Shown one piece after another: positions 24,008 through 32,839 of a stretch of DNA of 64,000 bases; the stretch's first letter is position 1, and every line of letters starts with the position of its first letter. The stretch is taken from the NCBI GenBank assembly GCA_029262055.1, contig JAJDAD010000002.1, forward strand, positions 66,791 to 130,790, written 5' to 3'. Source of the DNA: Candidatus Zhuqueibacterota bacterium (GTDB lineage Bacteria; Zhuqueibacterota; Zhuqueibacteria; Oceanimicrobiales; Oceanimicrobiaceae). The notes beneath the pieces are model-generated. The model searched no databases. It was not told the DNA's origin and was given only the letters and a program-made list of their open reading frames with translations. A program made the position numbers and the translations under genes.

Positions 24008-27000
24008 TCAAAACAGCGAGATTTGTGTCTTGTCCGGGTCTTTCTTTTTCTTGATGGCTTTCGCCTGTTCTGCTTTTGTGAGGCTGCGTTCGATGTTGTT
24101 TAGGAATTTCGATCTTGGGGGAGTGAGCGTTTTCCCGAACCGCAGCCGCTTGTTTGCGTGTGTCAGGACAAGCTGCTCCCGGGCGCGGGTCATGCCGACG
24201 TAAAGTAACCTCCGCTCCTCATCTTCGTCAGAGGTAGCTTTCTCACTTTCAAACGGCAGGATACCCTGTTCGCAGCCCACAATAAAGACAACGCCAAACT
24301 CCATTCCTTTGGCCGCGTGCAGAGTCATCAGGGAAACCCGGTCCGCCCTGGGATCGTAATCATCCGTTTCTGAGGTAATGGCGCAGGCGCGCAGAAATCC
24401 TGCCAGGTCTGCACCGAACGGCTTCGCGGCTAAAATAAACCGGCTGAGCGTGCGCGCGGGTTTATCAGCGGCGAAATAGTCGTCCGGATAAAATCCGGCG
24501 ATTGTCCTCACAATGATTTCCGATACCGACAGCGGGACGGTGTTCGTTCTCAAGGCCTTAAGCCGGGTCGAAAACGTCGCGATCGCCGCACGTTGACGCG
24601 TATTCAGGCCTGGGATTTTGGCGACGGTTTGCATGGCCTCCCAGATTCCGGTTGCTTCATGGTGCGCGAAATTCAGCAGTTTTTGCAAAGCCATAGGGCC
24701 GATCCCCAGCCGCGTCTCGGCCAGACGTTGTGCAAGAAGTGTATCGTTGACTTCGCCCACGAGTAACCAAAGCTGCTGTAGCAGTCCTTTGAAGGGTTGG
24801 TTCTGGTAACTCGATTGCCGCCCGATTACCTGATAAGGTATGCCCGAGCGGTCAAATGCTTCCTCCAGCAGCGTGCTTTGAGAATTCAAACGGTAGAGGA
24901 CCGCAAAGTCACGAAATGTGGCCGACGGCAGTGTTTGTCCGCTAACCCGCTCCGAGTCGATGGAAAAATAACTGGTTCCTCCAACCATTTTTTCGATTTG
25001 GTGAACCACATATTCGGCTTCGGCTTTGCCGGTCGGCGCGCTATAGATACTGATTTTTTTTTCGGTGACTATTTGCGACCAGTTGGAATATTCATCGTCT
25101 CGCGCCGTCCGGTTCAGAACCTGGGCGGAGGCCGCCACAATGTTGTGGGCTGAGCGGTAGTTGCGTCCCAACCTGATCATACGTGTGCCCGGAAAGTCCC
25201 TGGCAAAATCCAGAAAATATTGCGGCGTCGCACCCCTGAATCCGTAAATCGCCTGGTCAGGATCGCCGATGGCGCAGAGGTTGGTGTGGTCTCCGCAGAG
25301 AAGTTTCAGGAATCGATATTGTGCGAAATTGACATCCTGGTATTCGTCTACCGATATCCACTTGAAACGTTGCCGGCAAGCCGTCCGAACGCCGGCATGC
25401 TCTTGCAGCAAGCACACGGTCCTGCTAATGAGGTCTTCGAAATCAAGTGCCTGACGCGCACGTAACTCATCTTCATAGCCTTGAAAGTACCCGGAAAAAT
25501 GAGCGGGGGTAGCGAACGTGTTTGATTTCCTCGCCGTCTCCGGACTCAAAAGTGAGCGCTTTGCGGCAGAGATGGCTGCGCTGAGCTCCTGAAGCTCCAC
25601 TTTCGGGATATCTTTGACCAGCGTCCGTAGCAAGCCTAACTTGTCAGCCTCATCGCAAATGGAAAAGATAGGCGGAACATCGATTAGATGGCCGAACTCG
25701 GCAAGAATCCTGATTCCGAGGCTATGAAATGTACAAATGGTTAGCGCTGCGATTTGCTGAGGCTGCAGGGACCGCGTCAGCCGGGCTTGCATTTCTTCTG
25801 CGGCTTTGTTGGTAAATGTGACGGCCAGTATTTCATCCGGGCGCGCGTGGCCCGCGGCGATCAGGCCGACGATTCTATTAGTCAGGGTCCGGGTTTTGCC
25901 GGTGCCGGGACCTGCCACGATCAGGAGTGGACCTGCGGTATGCTTGACCGCCTGCTCCTGTTCGTGGTTATGCATCTCTCCGCCATCGCCTTGCGCGGTT
26001 AACCGCGGTGAATCGGGCATTACTGTTTTAGCTTTCGGAACAGGACGGACGGGAGCCGGTGTGTCGGTTTCGTCCGACACGGCGGCGCTGGCCTGTTTCT
26101 CCATATCTTCCTGTGCCGCCCGCTTTACATTGTCCATGAAGAAACTCAATTGGGTCGTAAACTCTTCTCTCTCAGCCTTTTCAAAGAGCTGGATTTTACC
26201 GAACTCGCCGTCGTATCCCGCGGCTATTTTGATTTCGCCGGCTCGGATGCGTTTGATGCCTTCGGCTACCATGTCACCGGCAAACCTGCTGATGTCGGCG
26301 ATAGCGGCTTCCTGCAAAATATGCAGCTCGGATCCAAGTTTGGACAAAAGGTAGTCAAAACTCTGCCTGACCCGCTTTGAATTAACGCCTACCCCATGAA
26401 TCTCGGATAAGACCTCGGGCAGCGGCACCAGGCTTTGGTAGGGATGCGGAAGTGACGGTATTTGGCCGGGTTCTCTGTCGGCCAGCGCCTCGACGCGGTG
26501 CATAACCCCGACTGTGACTCGCTTGCCACAGTCAGAACAGATGCCGTCGTGCGCAATTGTGGTGCGCGGGTCCCAGCATACCCGGCACTTCCGGTGGCCA
26601 TCGTAATGGTACTTGCCCTCCTCCGGGAAAAATTCGATGGTCCCCAGAAACTTGTCGCGGTCGCCGCTCTTCAAAGCAGAAAAAATCGCGTCGTACGACA
26701 AGTCCGTGTCAAACAGATTCGCCTCCCTCGCTAGTTTCTGTGGTGAATGTGCGTCGGAATTTGACACCAGCGTGTAGCGGTCGAGGATGGAGAGACGTTC
26801 ATTCATTGGCGGGTCCGACGACAGGCCGGTTTCAAGGGCAAAAATCTGGTCGGTTAAGTCGCCGAAGCATTCTTCCACCGAATCAAATCCGGACATGGAA
26901 CCGAGCATTGCGAACCAGGGCGTCCAGATGTGGGCAGGAATCAGATAGCCCTGCGGGTCAGTTTCCAAAACGATTTCGAGCAAATCGCGCGAATCCAGGC

Positions 27001-27421
27001 CGAGAATTGGCCGGCCATCCGACCGGATGTTGCCGATTTTGTCCAGCGTGGACTGGAATTTCTCTAAAGCATCAAACGACGGCATGAAGACGACATTGTG
27101 AATTTTGCGAACCTTGTCGTGGCGTTTGTAAATGTTGCTGATTTCGCCGGCCAGCATGAAACGCACCATGCCGGCGCACGCTTTCGGGACTTCCGGCTGG
27201 GTGACTTTGCTGTACTCCGGCTTTAAACGGAAAAGCCCATCCTCTGCCGGTTCCAGCTTTTCTTGCATCTCCTGCAGCCAGCCCGGATGCGCGATGTCGC
27301 CGGTCCCGACCACATTGACGCCCTTCAGTTGCGCCCATTTGTGCAGATGTTCCAGATTGAGGCTTTTGCTGGTGGCGCGCGAGTAGTAGGAATGGAGGTG
27401 AATGTCTGCTACGATTTTCAT
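24008..27421 (-). CDS. Fusion protein: N-terminal EndoQ-like PHP-domain nuclease with a Zn ribbon, plus a C-terminal UvrD/PcrA-family SF1 helicase
   Basis: N-terminus MKIVADIHLHSYYSRATS...GVNVVGTGDIAHPGW is PHP/EndoQ-like, followed by CRVCWDP...CSDCGK. A Glu-rich linker leads to UvrD motifs LLIVAGPGTGKTRTLTNRI...LAVTFTNKAAEEM and later helicase motifs (TLHAAKGMEFGVVFIVG, VGMTRARE). Confidence 0.8.
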   Translation of the reverse strand: MKIVADIHLHSYYSRATSKSLNLEHLHKWAQLKGVNVVGTGDIAHPGWLQEMQEKLEPAEDGLFRLKPEYSKVTQPEVPKACAGMVRFMLAGEISNIYKRHDKVRKIHNVVFMPSFDALEKFQSTLDKIGNIRSDGRPILGLDSRDLLEIVLETDPQGYLIPAHIWTPWFAMLGSMSGFDSVEECFGDLTDQIFALETGLSSDPPMNERLSILDRYTLVSNSDAHSPQKLAREANLFDTDLSYDAIFSALKSGDRDKFLGTIEFFPEEGKYHYDGHRKCRVCWDPRTTIAHDGICSDCGKRVTVGVMHRVEALADREPGQIPSLPHPYQSLVPLPEVLSEIHGVGVNSKRVRQSFDYLLSKLGSELHILQEAAIADISRFAGDMVAEGIKRIRAGEIKIAAGYDGEFGKIQLFEKAEREEFTTQLSFFMDNVKRAAQEDMEKQASAAVSDETDTPAPVRPVPKAKTVMPDSPRLTAQGDGGEMHNHEQEQAVKHTAGPLLIVAGPGTGKTRTLTNRIVGLIAAGHARPDEILAVTFTNKAAEEMQARLTRSLQPQQIAALTICTFHSLGIRILAEFGHLIDVPPIFSICDEADKLGLLRTLVKDIPKVELQELSAAISAAKRSLLSPETARKSNTFATPAHFSGYFQGYEDELRARQALDFEDLISRTVCLLQEHAGVRTACRQRFKWISVDEYQDVNFAQYRFLKLLCGDHTNLCAIGDPDQAIYGFRGATPQYFLDFARDFPGTRMIRLGRNYRSAHNIVAASAQVLNRTARDDEYSNWSQIVTEKKISIYSAPTGKAEAEYVVHQIEKMVGGTSYFSIDSERVSGQTLPSATFRDFAVLYRLNSQSTLLEEAFDRSGIPYQVIGRQSSYQNQPFKGLLQQLWLLVGEVNDTLLAQRLAETRLGIGPMALQKLLNFAHHEATGIWEAMQTVAKIPGLNTRQRAAIATFSTRLKALRTNTVPLSVSEIIVRTIAGFYPDDYFAADKPARTLSRFILAAKPFGADLAGFLRACAITSETDDYDPRADRVSLMTLHAAKGMEFGVVFIVGCEQGILPFESEKATSDEDEERRLLYVGMTRAREQLVLTHANKRLRFGKTLTPPRSKFLNNIERSLTKAEQAKAIKKKKDPDKTQISLF

Positions 27422-27564
27422 TTAATTGAATGTCCTGATCAAAACGGAAGGCGGTCATTTATATCGAAAACTGAGAATTCGAGACTCCATTTTCAAGATA
27501 AAAGAAATAGTGACTAACATTTGGCATTTGCATATTTACGTTCTAAACAATTGTTTAGATGTAA

Positions 27565-27722
27565 TTCTGAGCACGCAGCCCAAATTCTGTGTTTCTACCA
27601 GGGAGCAAAGGCGTGTGAAGAATCTCCCCAGACATTCGAAGATTCTTCGCACTCAATGTCTTTCGCGACCTCAAAATCCATCACTTCGCGCTCAGAATGA
27701 CCTTGAATCGAAGTGAGAAATG
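27565..27722. repeat. Palindromic interspersed repeat, family A, copy 2 (full length)
   Basis: aattctgagcacgcag...gtgtgaagaatctccccagacattcgaagattcttcgcac...cgcgctcagaatgaccttgaatcgaagtgagaaatg shows terminal inverted repeats and an internal palindrome. Confidence 0.75.
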
Positions 27723-27773
27723 TAAGTAATGCCCTTCAAGGGAGAAAGCATGCAGGGACGTTTCGGGTTTATT

Positions 27774-28232
27774 TCAGGACTTGTGACCCAATCCTTGAGC
27801 TAGCCTGGCTCTATTGACCAGGGATTTTCCAACCTGTTCCTCAAGCTTTACCAGGCGTGCACCGGATCTGAACAAGCCGCGCCTTATTTTGACTTCAACA
27901 AAATAGTTCTCTCCCGCCGAAGCTGTCACGGTCATCGAATCCTGATTGTGTCCGGAGAGCACAGAAACCGAGTGCGCCCCCGGTTCAACCGTCAGAAAAA
28001 GATAAGCCCCGGGCGCAGCGCCGCCGACGGGCTCCTCGTCTACGAAGACCTGAAACAGAACCCCCTTACTGAAAAGGCCACCGCCTCTGGCTATGTAAAG
28101 ATTCGCCTTCGCGGCCGGTGGGTTGAACAGTTTGGCCTCGGCATCCAGATTCCTGGAAGAAAAAGGCACTGAGGCGGAACAACCAATTAGAATGGAAAGA
28201 GACAGCCAAAAGAAAGACCTGGGAGCAATCAT
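27774..28232 (-). CDS. Hypothetical lipoprotein (DUF2846-like size)
   Basis: Signal peptide plus lipobox MIAPRSFFWLSLSILIGCSAS. About 150 aa. It overlaps the next gene by about 10 nt. Confidence 0.5.
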   Translation of the reverse strand: MIAPRSFFWLSLSILIGCSASVPFSSRNLDAEAKLFNPPAAKANLYIARGGGLFSKGVLFQVFVDEEPVGGAAPGAYLFLTVEPGAHSVSVLSGHNQDSMTVTASAGENYFVEVKIRRGLFRSGARLVKLEEQVGKSLVNRARLAQGLGHKS

Positions 28233-28246
28233 TATTGCCTCCATGG

Positions 28247-29062
28247 CTAGTACCAAACCCGCAGTCCAATGCGGAAGCCATCCAGCAGATCCTGTGATTT
28301 GTTTTTCAAAATACGGATTCCGCCAAGCACTTCAAATCGGTCAATCGCGACGCCGGCGCTGGATTCGACTGTGTACAGCGCCCCGTTGCTGACATAAGCG
28401 GCCGCGATTTCGGTTTCCAGGATTAAGGGACGTTTTGGGAAGAGCTGTAAGTCCAAAGCGATCTCAGGGCCACCGTGCGCGGCATTGCGCTGAAAACCGC
28501 GAAAACCGGCCTCCAGGTTAAGGATTATCTGAGGTGATCGGTAAAGGGCATGGCCGTAACGCACGCCAAAGAATGTCAGGTGGTCCTTGCGCGTTCCCCC
28601 GAATTCCCGGTCAACCAGATCCTCCTCATAGACAGCCACATCGAATGACAACTTACTGCTGTGCGCGAATTGCGTTTCCCACTTAAACAGGTAGCTGCGC
28701 AGGTTTTCGTTCAAATAGTGAACGTCAAATTCCGTGTTAAAATAGTAGCTGCGAAAATCTGCTTCCGAATGCATAAAGCCGTCCAGGCTTTGGTACGGAA
28801 ATGAAGGATACGGGCCAACGGCGGTGCCGGGTGTGCCACCCCATAATTGCGCAACATCAACAATATTGTCTAGTAGAAGATAAAGGAAAAAGTCGGTGCC
28901 GCTGTCGCCACTTTCATCGTCGTCTGATTCCTCCTCGCCGTAGTCGTCGGCGAAGTCCTCGAGATCTCCCTTGCCCTTCTCCTGAGAATATACCGGCGCT
29001 AGTCCTGCCAGCATCAGGCTACAGCAGAGCAGGAATCCGAAAAACAATCTAGCATTTTTCAT
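28247..29062 (-). CDS. Hypothetical secreted protein with an acidic low-complexity N-terminal region
   Basis: Signal peptide MKNARLFFGFLLCCSLMLAGLAPVYSQ, then DLEDFADDYGEEESDDDESGDSG, then a beta-rich C-terminal region. Confidence 0.5.
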   Translation of the reverse strand: MKNARLFFGFLLCCSLMLAGLAPVYSQEKGKGDLEDFADDYGEEESDDDESGDSGTDFFLYLLLDNIVDVAQLWGGTPGTAVGPYPSFPYQSLDGFMHSEADFRSYYFNTEFDVHYLNENLRSYLFKWETQFAHSSKLSFDVAVYEEDLVDREFGGTRKDHLTFFGVRYGHALYRSPQIILNLEAGFRGFQRNAAHGGPEIALDLQLFPKRPLILETEIAAAYVSNGALYTVESSAGVAIDRFEVLGGIRILKNKSQDLLDGFRIGLRVWY

Positions 29063-29570
29063 GGTACATGTTTCCGATTATTGTGTGTGAACTTGAGCCC
29101 CCTAACGTATCCCTTCGATAGCAAAGGTTGTACCACCATGCCCGGAAAAAGTATCATCATCCTACCCGAGAGTTGCCCGCGCGAAAGGGGACTCGCTGCC
29201 ATTCCCGTCCGGCACAGGACCGCTTCCGTTTTGCAACGGCGCCCGGCATCCGGCGCATGACATCCACGCCGGCGCACATGACCCTGGGCAGGGTTGAGAA
29301 TAGCAGAAAATGTCCGGATTCCTGGCTCCGTGACAAATGTTTGTCCACGCCCGGTAATCGTGTCGGGGTGGCCTAGCACGGGATTCGCAACCTCCCGCAA
29401 TCTGTCAAAACGTCAGCGGAATGACGGTTATGATCGAATTTTTAGTCGAGGATCGGCTCACCGGGTCCGGCTGGCCGCTGGCTCTCTGAAAACAAGATTA
29501 CCGGAGCTGTCAATCAGGTAAGCAGCGGGAATGCTGAGAACGAGAACCTGAAATCTTTTTTTTGGGGCTT

Positions 29571-30650
29571 CTACTCTTTCTTAGATGAGTCTGTCAGAAG
29601 ATCGGATTCGACAGCTTTGTTCAATTTGAGCAGGTTCTCCTTTATTTCAGAGAAACTCTCCATCGGTCCGTCCATCTCGCCGGAGAAATCACAGACTTCG
29701 AGAAGTGCCATCGCTTCGTCGCAGAGTCGTTGTGTCTGGAACAGATTCTTGCTTTCATAGTGGTTGCGTGCCTGCTGGTACAGCGCTTCCACCTTGTAGC
29801 TGGTACACTGGTAAGGCGCGGCAACCAGGAGCCGTTGCAGCTTTTCGAAGGACTGGTTTGACTTTTCCCATTCGCCAAACTGCTGTAACAGGCGGCCTTG
29901 CTTGTAGTGTGTTGTGGGATTGTTGGGGAACATCTCGGTCAGGGTGTTGGCCAGCTCAAGCGCCTGCTCGTACTGTTTTTCGTTCTGGTAAACGGCCATC
30001 AGACCATACATTGCATTTATCTTCAAAAACCGGCCTTTCTCGGCGGTCAGTTTCATTTGTTCGATTCCGGCTTTCCTTTTGCCGGCTGAGAACGGCAGGT
30101 AGCGCATGGCGCCTTTGGCCCCGAGCCAGTATTTTTGCAGTCCCAAGCCATAATAAGCATCATAGAATTCGGGGTTGTATACAATAGCCTTCTTGAAATA
30201 CCTGGGCGCCTGTGAGCCGTCTCTGAAGGCCGACATCCAATGCCCGGCCCGCGCAGACCTCATGGTACGAAAGCCCAGAGCGCAGCCCATGTAAAAGTAA
30301 TTGGTCCCGTCCTTCTTATTTTTCTTTTGCGCCTTTTTTGAAAGCTCCATCGACAGGTCGATGAGGCTGTCGATAGTGGCGTCGAAGCGGCGGACCCGGT
30401 AGTTCCATTTCATGGATTGGTAAGTGCTGAGGAGCCCGAATGCCCCAGCCGGATTTTCCGGAAATTCTTCCCGGATCTGTTTGCCCAGGGCAATGGCCTC
30501 ATCAAAACGTTCATGTAAATACAGGTCCACTGTTTTTTCATAAAGGCTGGACAAGTTTTGGTCCTGGCCGTAGGATTCGTGCGTCAAACTCGAGACGATA
30601 GTGATGGCAAAGAAGCAAATAGTCTTAGCGTTGGCACGAATTCCGGCCAT
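29571..30650 (-). CDS. TPR-repeat protein, secreted
   Basis: Signal peptide, then multiple TPR-like helices (AIALGKQI..., YDAYYGLGLQKYWLG, AMYGLMAVYQNEKQYEQALELANTL). Confidence 0.6.
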   Translation of the reverse strand: MAGIRANAKTICFFAITIVSSLTHESYGQDQNLSSLYEKTVDLYLHERFDEAIALGKQIREEFPENPAGAFGLLSTYQSMKWNYRVRRFDATIDSLIDLSMELSKKAQKKNKKDGTNYFYMGCALGFRTMRSARAGHWMSAFRDGSQAPRYFKKAIVYNPEFYDAYYGLGLQKYWLGAKGAMRYLPFSAGKRKAGIEQMKLTAEKGRFLKINAMYGLMAVYQNEKQYEQALELANTLTEMFPNNPTTHYKQGRLLQQFGEWEKSNQSFEKLQRLLVAAPYQCTSYKVEALYQQARNHYESKNLFQTQRLCDEAMALLEVCDFSGEMDGPMESFSEIKENLLKLNKAVESDLLTDSSKKE

Positions 30651-30961
30651 ATTCCCTCCTGAGAGAATTGTGAGGACAGATTTGATAGGCGAAGGTAGGT
30701 TTCTTGATTACCCCTGCCATGAATTTACCCAAATGATACTATTTTAGCAAGAAATACTTGTATTAAACACAAAATGTTAGGCCTCCTTCTCCACACCCGG
30801 ATTTTTGGTCTTTATCCCGCAAACAGCCTCAGACAAACCGGACAATGGCAGGGAATAGCGCCACCAGAGTCACCCCTTTCAGGCAGCTGTGCGAACCCCA
30901 ATCCTCGTATTTCCCTTGACATCCGCAGCTTGAATACGGAACTTGCCCGTATGTTTTTTAG

Positions 30962-32830
30962 GTGAATCCCACAGTGTCATTAATTTATCGGTACTTACCG
31001 GCAATTAGTTTTGCAGAACTCGACGCGGCGCCCGAATTTGTTCTCCTTGAGACAAATCGCTTCAGTCAGGCCGAGAAGTGCAGTTACTTATTCACGCGGC
31101 CACTGAAGGTCTTGCGGACCCGCGATTACGGCGCAATCGAGCGGCTCTTCAGCGAAGTCGAGGAACTTGCGCAACAGTATTACCTGGCCGGATGGTTTTC
31201 CTACGAACTCGGTTGTGGAATGGACGGCACGCGCCATGAAATGCACACGGGTTCAATGCCGCTCCTCTGGCTGGGGGTCTTTGAAAATGCCGTGATTTTT
31301 GACCACGCAAGCGGAATCTTTTCCGGGGATAGCAGCGGCTTGTTCAGCGACAAAGAGGAGGACCGGTCTTTCTCTGTCACCCAGACAGGGCTGGCCATCG
31401 GGCAAGCTGAGTATCTGGCCGCAGTAGCCCGCATCAAGTCGTGCATCGAAGCCGGCGACACGTACCAAACCAACTTTACCACAAAACATCGCTTCCGTTT
31501 TACGGGCTGCCCGTACGGACTTTACCAGGCGCTGAAACAGCGACAACACGTCGCTTACAATTCATTTATGAAATTCGACGGTAGCTACGTCATCTCAATC
31601 TCGCCCGAGCTGTTCTTTCGACGGACCGGGGATGTGATGCAGACCCGGCCGATGAAGGGGACGCTGGCCCGGGGCCGCACGCTGGATGAAGATCGAGTGC
31701 AAAGCCGCTTCCTGAAGGATGACCCCAAGAATCGCAGCGAAAACGTGATGATAGTCGACTTGCTGCGCAATGACCTGGGCCGGGTCTCGCAGGTGGGCAG
31801 CGTCGAAGTGCCGAAGTTGTTCGAGGTAGAGAAGTATGATTCGATTTTCCAGATGACTTCAACGGTACAGAGTAAGTTGCGAGCCGGGACCACGTATCAT
31901 GACCTGTTCAAAGCGCTGTTTCCGTGCGGTTCGGTGACCGGCGCCCCCAAGATTCGCACAATGAAAATAATCAGGCAACTGGAACAGAGGGAGCGCGGTA
32001 TCTACACCGGTGCCATCGGTTTCATGGCGCCATCGGGCAACGCGGTTTTCAACGTTCCCATTCGTACGATTACCCTGCGGAACGGCGCAGGGGAAATGGG
32101 AGTCGGGAGCGGCATCGTCTACGATTCCGACGCAGAAGCTGAGTTTGATGAGTGTATTCTCAAAACTCGATTTTTGATTGAAGATTGGCCGGACTTTGCG
32201 TTAATTGAGACCATGCTCTGGGATGGGGAGTATGGGCGGCTGCCGCGCCATCTGGACAGACTTGCCGCCTCAGCGAGCTATTTTGATTTTAGCTTTGACA
32301 GAGCCAGGGTCAGCGCAAAGCTCAAAAATACCGCAGCGCACTTTGGGGCTGGCGAGCAACAGAGAGTCAGGCTTTTGCTGCAAAGAAATGGCGACTTGAG
32401 CGTCACGAACACACCGGTCCGGGAACAAATCACGCACTCCCCGAAAGTCACTTTGTCTGCCGCGCAGACATCGAGTCGCGATCGTTTCTTTTTTCACAAG
32501 ACCACCAATCGCGCGCTTTACGATCGGGAGTTCCGGTATTTTTCCGAGCGCGGGTACTACGACGTCCTGTTCACCAACGAGCGCGGCGAAGTCACCGAGG
32601 GCGCCATTTCCAATATTTTCATCCAAAAAGACGGGAAACTGCTCACGCCGCCCATCGCTTGTGGATTGTTGAACGGCGTCTACCGGCAGGAGTTGTTAGG
32701 GACGGATAAGGACGTGCAGGAGGGAGTGCTCTTGCCGCAAGATTTGGATAAAGCGGAAGCGATCTATTTGACGAACTCGGTGCGTGGAATGGTGCGCGTT
32801 CGGCTCGAACCTGCAAAGAATTCAGAATAA
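30962..32830 (+). CDS. pabBC: Aminodeoxychorismate synthase component I fused to aminodeoxychorismate lyase (PabB-PabC fusion); GTG start
   Basis: The chorismate-binding region (PMKGTLARG...GSVTGAPKIRTMKIIRQLEQRERGIYTGAIGF) is followed by a class-IV aminotransferase-like C-terminal domain of about 230 aa. Confidence 0.75.
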   Translation: MNPTVSLIYRYLPAISFAELDAAPEFVLLETNRFSQAEKCSYLFTRPLKVLRTRDYGAIERLFSEVEELAQQYYLAGWFSYELGCGMDGTRHEMHTGSMPLLWLGVFENAVIFDHASGIFSGDSSGLFSDKEEDRSFSVTQTGLAIGQAEYLAAVARIKSCIEAGDTYQTNFTTKHRFRFTGCPYGLYQALKQRQHVAYNSFMKFDGSYVISISPELFFRRTGDVMQTRPMKGTLARGRTLDEDRVQSRFLKDDPKNRSENVMIVDLLRNDLGRVSQVGSVEVPKLFEVEKYDSIFQMTSTVQSKLRAGTTYHDLFKALFPCGSVTGAPKIRTMKIIRQLEQRERGIYTGAIGFMAPSGNAVFNVPIRTITLRNGAGEMGVGSGIVYDSDAEAEFDECILKTRFLIEDWPDFALIETMLWDGEYGRLPRHLDRLAASASYFDFSFDRARVSAKLKNTAAHFGAGEQQRVRLLLQRNGDLSVTNTPVREQITHSPKVTLSAAQTSSRDRFFFHKTTNRALYDREFRYFSERGYYDVLFTNERGEVTEGAISNIFIQKDGKLLTPPIACGLLNGVYRQELLGTDKDVQEGVLLPQDLDKAEAIYLTNSVRGMVRVRLEPAKNSE

Positions 32831-32839
32831 GTTAATCGC

